Shown here piece after piece: positions 56,614-64,000 of a DNA stretch of 64,000 nt (position 1 is its first letter; each line of letters begins with the position of its first letter). Where the stretch lies: contig CAVXZB010000019.1 in the NCBI GenBank assembly GCA_963765895.1, positions 377,301-441,300 on the forward strand, read 5' to 3'. A program made the position numbers and the translations under genes. Below the pieces are notes generated by a model. That model was not told the origin of the DNA. It was given only the letters and a program-made list of their open reading frames with translations, and ran no database searches. The DNA comes from an uncultured Nitrososphaeraceae archaeon. Lineage in GTDB: Archaea > Thermoproteota > Nitrososphaeria > Nitrososphaerales > Nitrososphaeraceae.

Positions 56614-57320
56614 AAATAGTTCCGTCTATTGATCTTCTAGGGGGTAACGTAGTTAGACTCATCAGAGGCAACATAGAAGATAAGATAATTTACAGTAGTG
56701 ACCCGATAAGCATAGCAAAAAAATGGGAAGAGCAAGGTGCAGATCTATTGCATATTGTGGATCTTGATTCTGCACTGAGAACTGGCAATTCCAACATCAG
56801 CCTGATTTCAAATGTGATCAATTCACTACACATTCCTGTTCAGATCGGCGGAGGGATCAGATCGGTAGATAGCATAAAGCATATGCTGGATATGGGTGTC
56901 TCTAAGGTGGTAGTAGGAACCATGGCCTTTAAAGAACCCAATTCTCTAAAGCGCATTGCTAAGACGCTATCCTCAAAGATCGTCATCTCGATAGATCAAT
57001 TAAATGGGATGATCATGGTGGACGGGTGGCGTGAGGCTTCTGGCTTTGATATTTTGCATGGTATCAATATGTTCATGAATATGGGATTAAATGAATTTCT
57101 TTTTACAAGTATTGATAGGGATGGCACCTTGACAGGACCTGATGTAGAGAGTTTATCGGTTGCGTCTAATATCAAGGATACAAATATAATTGCGAGTGGG
57201 GGCATTTCTTCGATCTTGGATCTAATAAAAATTAGAAATACTGGCTGCTCGTCCGTGATCCTGGGTCGAGCCATATACGAGGGACGATTCAATGTTGTTC
57301 AGGCAAAGACCTTAGCATAG
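56610..57320 (+). CDS. hisA: ProFAR isomerase
   Basis: [35 protein letters not shown]. Confidence 0.96.
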   Translation: MKIVPSIDLLGGNVVRLIRGNIEDKIIYSSDPISIAKKWEEQGADLLHIVDLDSALRTGNSNISLISNVINSLHIPVQIGGGIRSVDSIKHMLDMGVSKVVVGTMAFKEPNSLKRIAKTLSSKIVISIDQLNGMIMVDGWREASGFDILHGINMFMNMGLNEFLFTSIDRDGTLTGPDVESLSVASNIKDTNIIASGGISSILDLIKIRNTGCSSVILGRAIYEGRFNVVQAKTLA

Positions 57321-57322
57321 AA

Positions 57323-58141
57323 ATGTCACTATCTAAACGAATAATACCTTGTCTGGATGTAGATAATGGTCTTGTAGTCAAAGGAATCCGCTTTTCAGAT
57401 GTGAAAACAGCAGGGGATCCTGTAAAGATGGCCGAAAAATATACCGAACAAGGTGCAGATGAACTAGTCTTCTTAGACATTACAGCTTCTCAGGAGGGAA
57501 GACGTACAATTCGGGATGTAGTGAGAAATGTGGCTAGCGTCGTAAATATTCCCTTTACTGTAGGCGGAGGAATAAGAAACCTTGAAGATGCTCGAGAGAT
57601 TCTACGGAGTGGCGCTGACAAAGTATCAGTCAATACGGCGGCAGTCAAGAATCCAGCACTAGTAACACAATTAATGGAGATATTTGGCAGGCAGTGCGTT
57701 GTAGTGGCAATAGACGCGAAATGGAAATCTCCAAGACACGAAATAAAAGAAGAGAGCCAAAAATTCTTGAATAGAGATGGAAAGGGTAGCAACAAGTACG
57801 ACGTAATGATCTACGGGGGCAAAAAAGAAACCGATCTGGATGCGATCCAATGGGCTAGAGAGGTAGAAGGTTTGGGAGCAGGAGAGATTCTTTTAACAAG
57901 CGTTGATGCTGACGGTACCGAGGATGGTTATTGTATAGAGTTGACAAATTTAATATCAAATGCAGTTCGTATACCGGTAATCGCTTCTGGAGGATGTGGC
58001 AAACCAGAACATATCCTTAAACTATTCAAAGAAACAGATGCAGATGCCGCCCTTGCTGCATCGATTTTTCATTACGACAAATATACCGTAGGTAGAGTAA
58101 AGTCCTTTTTAGATGAAAGCGGAATTACAATTAGAATATAA
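57323..58141 (+). CDS. hisF: IGP synthase cyclase subunit
   Basis: [40 protein letters not shown]. Confidence 0.97.
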   Translation: MSLSKRIIPCLDVDNGLVVKGIRFSDVKTAGDPVKMAEKYTEQGADELVFLDITASQEGRRTIRDVVRNVASVVNIPFTVGGGIRNLEDAREILRSGADKVSVNTAAVKNPALVTQLMEIFGRQCVVVAIDAKWKSPRHEIKEESQKFLNRDGKGSNKYDVMIYGGKKETDLDAIQWAREVEGLGAGEILLTSVDADGTEDGYCIELTNLISNAVRIPVIASGGCGKPEHILKLFKETDADAALAASIFHYDKYTVGRVKSFLDESGITIRI

Positions 58142-58162
58142 TTCATATTCGACGCCACAAAG

Positions 58163-58188
58163 TTTTACAATAAAATTTTACAATAAAA
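58163..58188. repeat. 13-bp tandem duplication of a quasi-palindrome (TTTTACAATAAAA x2)
   Basis: Units at 58163-58175 and 58176-58188. Confidence 0.85.
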
Positions 58189-58735
58189 TGATTCCTATTG
58201 CAGGTTTTAGACTGCTTCAACTTACAGCAGGTAGATAAGACACTACTATCGAATTTCGAACTCTAGCAACTCATGTATAGCAATTCAAGAAGGCCATAGA
58301 ACAACATATTATAGTTAGAATATCTGGGCTTTATATTTCGGATTTCAATTGTGATCAAAATGCAGTGGCAGTGATCTGTCCAGAATCGATTCGCCTATTT
58401 CAATTTAGCAAAATTATCTGTATATACTGAGAGGTTCGTATAAGTAAATGATGTCGACGCAATAGAGTTACCTAATGCTGTTTCTGAAATCAGTAGCAGT
58501 CATCACGACCGGTTGTAAGGTGGTGAAGCTAATCTGTTGTATATAGAGGCTATATGACGAAACGTTGTGGCTGATTTCTTTCATCTAAGCCTAATAACAT
58601 AAGACGAATTATTTATATATAGAAGACTCAACTGTCAAAAGTTAACTCAGCTGCCCCGAATATTCGTTCCATTCCTAATGAAGAATTAAATTACCTGCCG
58701 CATACATGATTCGGATACAAACGGTGCTATAAAAA

Positions 58736-60076
58736 GTGAATGAAATAATTGAAGAAGTTGAGATGGATCAATGGCGACGGACCCATTATTCATCAGAAAT
58801 TCCATCATGTTCAGAGATAGATAGTGTTATTGTCATGGGATGGGTATCAAGTATTCGTGATCATGGTAATTTGCATTTTGTTCAGGTAAAGGATAGATTT
58901 GGCGAGACGCAAGTCGTTGCCAAGAAAGGAGACTGCCCAGATTTAGTATTAGAACAGATACAATCCTTGAAAGAACACTCTTCACTAGCAGTAAAGGGAC
59001 GCGTAAGACTTCAACAAAAGTCGCCAACCGGAGCTGAAATCGTACCGATCGAGCTGAAGATTTTTTCGAATGCAAGAAACGCCGCGCCTTTTATGGTTCA
59101 AGGCAAGAGAAGTTCAACAGGTTTAGACACACGGTTAGACCTTAGAGCAGTAGATCTTAGACGAAATATACTACAAAGTATATTTCGTATTCGTGATACT
59201 TTGCTAAAGTCAATTAGAGAGTTCCTTGCAAAAGAAGGCTTTTTAGAGGTAAACACTCCGAAAATGATAGCAACTGCGACCGAAGGAGGTGCGGCTTTGT
59301 TTCCGATTTTCTATTATGACAGAGAGGCATTTTTAGCTCAAAGTCCTCAGTTGTATAAGGAACAGTTGACAATGTCCTTTGAGAATGTTTATGAAATCGG
59401 TCCAATTTTTAGAGCTGAACCTTCACGAACAAATAGGCATCTTTCAGAAGCAATTTCAATTGATACCGAAATGGCCTTTGCAGACTATAATGATGTTATG
59501 CAATTGCTGGAAAGACTGATATTCCACGTTCTCGATTCTATCAGAAAGAATAACAATGGAGAGTTAGATTCAGCCGAAATTGTGCTTCCTGATATCAAAA
59601 TTCCTCTTCCAAGATATTCTTATGATCAGATCCTTGAATCTTTAAGGGTAACCGATGAAAATGTCAGATACGGGGATGACTTCTCACCGCAGGCATTAAA
59701 AGTAATTACTTCAAAATTGAACCTAGATGGTTTCTATTTCATAACTGATTGGCCGGCTTCTATTAAACCATTCTATGTTAAACCAAATTCGGAATTTGAA
59801 GCGAAATCCGAATCATTTGATCTCATGTTTGGGCCTTTGGAAATATCCTCTGGTAGCACCAGAATAAACAGAAAGTCAGAATTAGTAGATAGAATGAGAA
59901 AACAAGGTTTGAACATACAAAAATTTGATTATCATTTAAAAGTGTTTGATTACGGGATCCCTCCTCATGCAGGATTCGGAATGGGCCTAGAGCGATTTCT
60001 TATGTCTATAACAGGCTTGGATAATATACGAGATGCCTCTTTATATCCTCGTGACATAGACAGATTAGCACCATAA
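58736..60076 (+). CDS. aspS: Archaeal aspartyl-tRNA synthetase, probably non-discriminating
   Basis: OB fold, TEGG, QSPQLYK, FRAE, PPHAGFGMGLER, PRD; Pro in KSPTG loop; operon with gatCAB. Confidence 0.95.
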   Translation: MNEIIEEVEMDQWRRTHYSSEIPSCSEIDSVIVMGWVSSIRDHGNLHFVQVKDRFGETQVVAKKGDCPDLVLEQIQSLKEHSSLAVKGRVRLQQKSPTGAEIVPIELKIFSNARNAAPFMVQGKRSSTGLDTRLDLRAVDLRRNILQSIFRIRDTLLKSIREFLAKEGFLEVNTPKMIATATEGGAALFPIFYYDREAFLAQSPQLYKEQLTMSFENVYEIGPIFRAEPSRTNRHLSEAISIDTEMAFADYNDVMQLLERLIFHVLDSIRKNNNGELDSAEIVLPDIKIPLPRYSYDQILESLRVTDENVRYGDDFSPQALKVITSKLNLDGFYFITDWPASIKPFYVKPNSEFEAKSESFDLMFGPLEISSGSTRINRKSELVDRMRKQGLNIQKFDYHLKVFDYGIPPHAGFGMGLERFLMSITGLDNIRDASLYPRDIDRLAP

Positions 60077-60101
60077 GACTGAAATAGGTAGTAGACAATA
60101 T

Positions 60102-60374
60102 TTGGTAACAATTGAACACGTGAAACATCTCGCATGGCTTTCCCGGCTGGATTTGACTAATGATGAGATAGAAAAGTATCACACCGAAATTGAGAAAATA
60201 ATTAGATATTTGGATAGGCTAGACAGTATCTCTTTGTCTGACGTCGAGCCAAGACATTATAAAAGGAGAGTCTCAGAGTTCAGGGATGATATAATTTATG
60301 ATAATCAAACGGATTTATCAAAGACAACCAAGTACTCTAAGGAAGGATATGTAAAAGGACCGAGAATGAGATAA
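60102..60374 (+). CDS. gatC: Asp/Glu-tRNA amidotransferase subunit C
   Basis: VKHLAWLSRL...FRDD...GYVKGPR; directly before gatA. Confidence 0.9.
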   Translation: MVTIEHVKHLAWLSRLDLTNDEIEKYHTEIEKIIRYLDRLDSISLSDVEPRHYKRRVSEFRDDIIYDNQTDLSKTTKYSKEGYVKGPRMR

Positions 60375-60375
60375 C

Positions 60376-61821
60376 ATGAGTAAACTGTGCACTCTTTCTG
60401 CAGAGCAGATTATCTCCGGAGTAAGGAACAGAGAATTCACAATAGAGGATTACATAATTCAACTCCTCGAACGAATAAATGACATTGATGACAAAATTAA
60501 GGCATTTATTACAATAAATGATGAAGCGCTTAATACCGCCAGAAAATTGGATAAAAAAATAAAAAGCCAAGAGGCTGTGGGATCGTTGGCTGGAATTGCG
60601 GTAGGTATTAAGGATAATATATGCACTAAAGACATCAAAACAACTTGTGCATCAAAGTTGCTGCAAGAATATATACCACCATATGATGCGACAGTCGTTC
60701 GGCGGCTTAAAGAACGTGATGCAATTATAATAGGAAAAGTAAATTTGGATGAATTTGCAATGGGTTCAACGACTGAATTCGGAAGCTATGGACCCTCCCA
60801 CAATCCTTGGAATCCAGATTATGTAGTAGGAGGGTCGTCCGGAGGTAGTGCTGCCAGTGTAGCTGCATTGGAATGCACAGTTTCGCTTGGATCAGATACT
60901 GGTGGTTCAATCAGATGTCCGGCAAGCTTCTGTTCAGTAGTAGGTCTGAAACCGACTTATGGACTAGTGAGTAGATTTGGGCTAGTTTCCTATTCGAATA
61001 GTCTGGAACAAATAGGTCCACTTGGAAGAACGGTTTCCGACATAGTAATGATCATGAATGTAATTGCAGGTTTTGATGAAAATGACAATACGACTAGCAA
61101 CGAAATAAAGACTCCAGGGTTCGTTGCTTCAGATGTAAAGAGGCCAGTTCGATACGGGTTAATAAAAGAGTTAGTTGAAGCATCGGATCCTGCAATTTCT
61201 AAGCTTGTCTATTCTTCACTCGATTTATTGTCTTCGAATGATTGCAAATGGGAGGAGGTCTCTTTGAACTCTGATTACGCACTTGCTTCTTACTACACCA
61301 TCGCAATGGCTGAAGCGAGCAGCAATCTAGCTAGGTATGATAATTTGAGATATGGATTTGATTTCGATCCCGAGGGCTATGAATGGAATTCTTATTTTTC
61401 AAAAATCCGAAACAACTTCGGAGATGAGGTAAAGAGAAGAATAATGATAGGATCCCATGTATTGCTGTCAGGCTACTATGCAAAATATTATCTCAAGGCA
61501 CAAAAAGTCAGATCCATATTGAGACATGAGGTCAAGAAATTATTCAAACAGGTTGATGTTTTGATCTCACCGACAATGCCAGTACTTCCATTTAAAATAG
61601 GAGAAAACATAGATGACCCAATGAAGAGATATCTTATAGATACAAATACAGTAGTTGCTAATCTCGTAGGAACACCTGCAATATCTCTTCCCGCTGGCTT
61701 TAGTGATAATCTCCCTATAGGGTTGCAACTGATGACCGATGAAATGCAAGAACAATTACTTTTTGATGTCTCAAAAATGTATGAACGCGTAGCATCTGTT
61801 AAGAGGAGGCCGGATTTATGA
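60376..61821 (+). CDS. gatA: Asp/Glu-tRNA amidotransferase subunit A
   Basis: IKDNI, GGSSGGSAA, GSDTGGSIRCPA, SSNLARYD, EVKRRI. Confidence 0.97.
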   Translation: MSKLCTLSAEQIISGVRNREFTIEDYIIQLLERINDIDDKIKAFITINDEALNTARKLDKKIKSQEAVGSLAGIAVGIKDNICTKDIKTTCASKLLQEYIPPYDATVVRRLKERDAIIIGKVNLDEFAMGSTTEFGSYGPSHNPWNPDYVVGGSSGGSAASVAALECTVSLGSDTGGSIRCPASFCSVVGLKPTYGLVSRFGLVSYSNSLEQIGPLGRTVSDIVMIMNVIAGFDENDNTTSNEIKTPGFVASDVKRPVRYGLIKELVEASDPAISKLVYSSLDLLSSNDCKWEEVSLNSDYALASYYTIAMAEASSNLARYDNLRYGFDFDPEGYEWNSYFSKIRNNFGDEVKRRIMIGSHVLLSGYYAKYYLKAQKVRSILRHEVKKLFKQVDVLISPTMPVLPFKIGENIDDPMKRYLIDTNTVVANLVGTPAISLPAGFSDNLPIGLQLMTDEMQEQLLFDVSKMYERVASVKRRPDL

Positions 61822-63261
61822 TGGATGAACAAGTAAATATTGGCATTGAAATACATTGTCAGCTAACTGGACTTCAAACTAAGCTCTTTTGTAAGTGTAA
61901 AGGGGACTATCGCAACGAGCTTCCGAATAGAAACATTTGTCCAATTTGTTCTGGGCAACCGGGGAGTATGCCGCTATTAAATGGTAAGTCGGTAGATCAT
62001 TCTTGTATGATTGCATTTGCTATGAATTGTATTATTCCGCCAAGAATGGGATTTTATCGAAAGAATTATTTTTACCCTGATCTACCCAAAAACTATCAGA
62101 TTACCCAATATGACTCTGGCGGTATAGGTAGCGTTGGTTACAGTGGAAAACTTCAATACGGAGGAGAATTTGCTAGAATTCGCAGAGTTCAATTGGAGGA
62201 AGATCCAGGTAGGTTAGTATACGAAGGTGATATGGATGCCAGTTTTTATACACTCATTGACTATAATCGCGCAGGAACCGCCCTAGTTGAAATCGTCACA
62301 GAGCCTGATTTTAAAGATGTGGCCGAGGTGAGGACATTTTTGAACAAGTTGACTTCTATTCTGGAACATTTAGGGGTTTGCAACACAAAACTGGAGGGAT
62401 CAGTCAGATGTGATGCAAATATTTCCATAGGAAGCGGGAAGCGGGTAGAAATCAAAAATGTCGGCTCGTTTCGAGAAGTCGAGAAGGCATTAAATTTTGA
62501 GATTACTAGACAAAAATCACTTTCATCCCACAGTATTGAAGTCAAATCGGAAACTCGGCACTGGGATAGTGAACGAAAAGTGACGAAGCAATCCAGAGCC
62601 AAGGAAGAGGAACAAGATTACAAATATTTTCCCGAGCCAGATATACCGATAATACTCCTTTCTGAGGAATATTTGTCATCTATTCAACAAAAAATGCCAG
62701 AATTGCCCGATAAAAGAAGGAATCGGTTTGTTGCGGACTTTCAACTTTCCGATCATGTTGCGCAGGTCCTAATTAATAACAAAGAGATGGCGGATTTTTT
62801 TGAGGCGGCTGTCCAGATATATTACTCCCCAAAGGAAATTGCTAACTGGTTAGTTTCTGATGTGATGAGTTTTATTGGAAACTCAAAGACAGAAGAAAGT
62901 AGTATCGCTCTAGACCTTAGGATTGCACCAAAGCATATTGCTGATTTAGCAAGGCTAGTAGACGAGAATATAATTAGTAGGCATACTGCCAAATTGACAT
63001 TGAGCAAAATCATGAGGACAGGCCAGATGCCTTCTCAGATAATACGCGAGTCCGACTCTTCAAAGATACACGACGAAAGAATTCTCTTAAAAGCAGTAGA
63101 GGACGCCTTCGAATCAGAAAAGGCTCGCTGTAATTGATGCTAGTTCCAATCCAGGTGTCGTTAACTTTTTACTTGGAAAGGTTCTAAAACTGACCCAGGG
63201 AAGAGCCGACCCACAAATCGCTCTGGCATTAATTAGAAACAAACTAAGAAAAACAAGCTAG
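61818..63261 (+). CDS. gatB: Asp/Glu-tRNA amidotransferase subunit B, frameshifted near 63125
   Basis: IGIEIH, YPDLPKNYQITQ, LEED, RCDAN, YFPEPD; shifted frame NFLLGKVLKLTQGRADP ends at TAG 63259-61. Confidence 0.95.
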
Positions 63262-63351
63262 CCAATCTGAGTTTTTACATAGGTCCTGCTAAGTGATTCC
63301 ATTAATTAGAAAGTCGAGATAAGTGATCCTCTCATTTAGCTCATTTTGATA

Positions 63352-63939
63352 TTATCCTGTCTTACTCGCATTGGATAACCATTGATGGTAAGTGTGTGTT
63401 TCGGGTTTCGAATAGTTTTTAGTCAAGCTCTCAAAATCGATTCGGTCAAGCTTCTCGGAATGAATTAATCTTCGTTTACTTAGATAATCAGATGTCAGTC
63501 GTTTGTGGCATGTCTGACATACTGTCCTAAGATTATTACGATTGTGTAAAAATTCAAGGACGGCTCGCATCCTATTTTCAAAGGTGTCAAAGGTATAACC
63601 ATGCTTCGAACCCAAAGATCTGGGAACGATATGATCACATTCCAGATTCTTGGATCGAACGAACTTTCTATATCTATATGCATATTTCTTTTTGCAAATC
63701 TGACATGTATAATCATCGCGTTTAAAAACATCGGATCTCACACGATCCCAATAAAAATTATGATAATACCACCGTCTAAATGTTGAACTACATTTTTTTG
63801 AGCAGTACTTTCGGTATGGAGCCCTAGGGTAGCTCGAGCACTGGGTATTTCTACACAACATTATTCCCCGATCATCGTACTTATCAAACTCTCGGATATA
63901 GACTATGATCTTAGAACTCTTTTTTGCTATTGGAGTCAT
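63352..63939 (-). CDS. HNH endonuclease with N-terminal zinc finger
   Basis: C..C...YCSKKC; RDDYTCQIC...DHIVP...NLRTVCQTCH. Confidence 0.88.
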   Translation of the reverse strand: MTPIAKKSSKIIVYIREFDKYDDRGIMLCRNTQCSSYPRAPYRKYCSKKCSSTFRRWYYHNFYWDRVRSDVFKRDDYTCQICKKKYAYRYRKFVRSKNLECDHIVPRSLGSKHGYTFDTFENRMRAVLEFLHNRNNLRTVCQTCHKRLTSDYLSKRRLIHSEKLDRIDFESLTKNYSKPETHTYHQWLSNASKTG

Positions 63940-64000
63940 ACAGAAGAGAAAAGTTCTGCGATTCTGGAATAGATATATCTATCGAGGGTGTATGTCTAAT

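Noticed and set aside
58280-58430. Possible hisI remnant (NCDQNAV resembles DCDxDA)
   Set aside because: No SRSR/LWxKGE or ACH motifs around it
49680-63261. Programmed frameshifting or true pseudogenisation of the HMG-CoA reductase gene, hisD, hisB and gatB
   Set aside because: No shared slippery motif and no accumulated stops; isolated indels fit assembly error better
1-64000. CRISPR array or rRNA genes
   Set aside because: No regularly spaced repeats and no rRNA-like sequence seen; the 13-bp duplications have only about two units and no spacers

Overview
AT-rich archaeal DNA whose gene content points to an ammonia-oxidising thaumarchaeote of the soil Nitrososphaeraceae type (inferred from nop5-flpA-rnhB-trm1, L40e, DPSL, class II HMG-CoA reductase next to the his operon, aspS-gatCAB, and orphan receiver domains). 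Two housekeeping blocks (about 1-25 kb and 47-64 kb) flank an accessory region (about 25-47 kb). That region holds two decayed insertion sequences (IS5 family with intact termini and a TTA duplication; IS6 family), tRNA-Val(TAC), a Kelch propeller, TatA, a cupredoxin-like protein and many small Cys-rich or secreted proteins. At least ten genes, including presumably essential gatB and the HMG-CoA reductase gene, are split by single-base indels that look like long-read errors. The ORF track missed rpl40e, an AbrB-like ORF and several small membrane ORFs. The best leads are a Grs-like B12 radical SAM enzyme (candidate tetraether lipid ring synthase), a stand-alone PqqD/RRE protein divergent from a JAMM protease, micro-duplication-driven decay of the IS5 copy, and weak C/D-box sRNA candidates. 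I saw no CRISPR array or rRNA, and no clearly new multi-gene system that the sequence alone can support.
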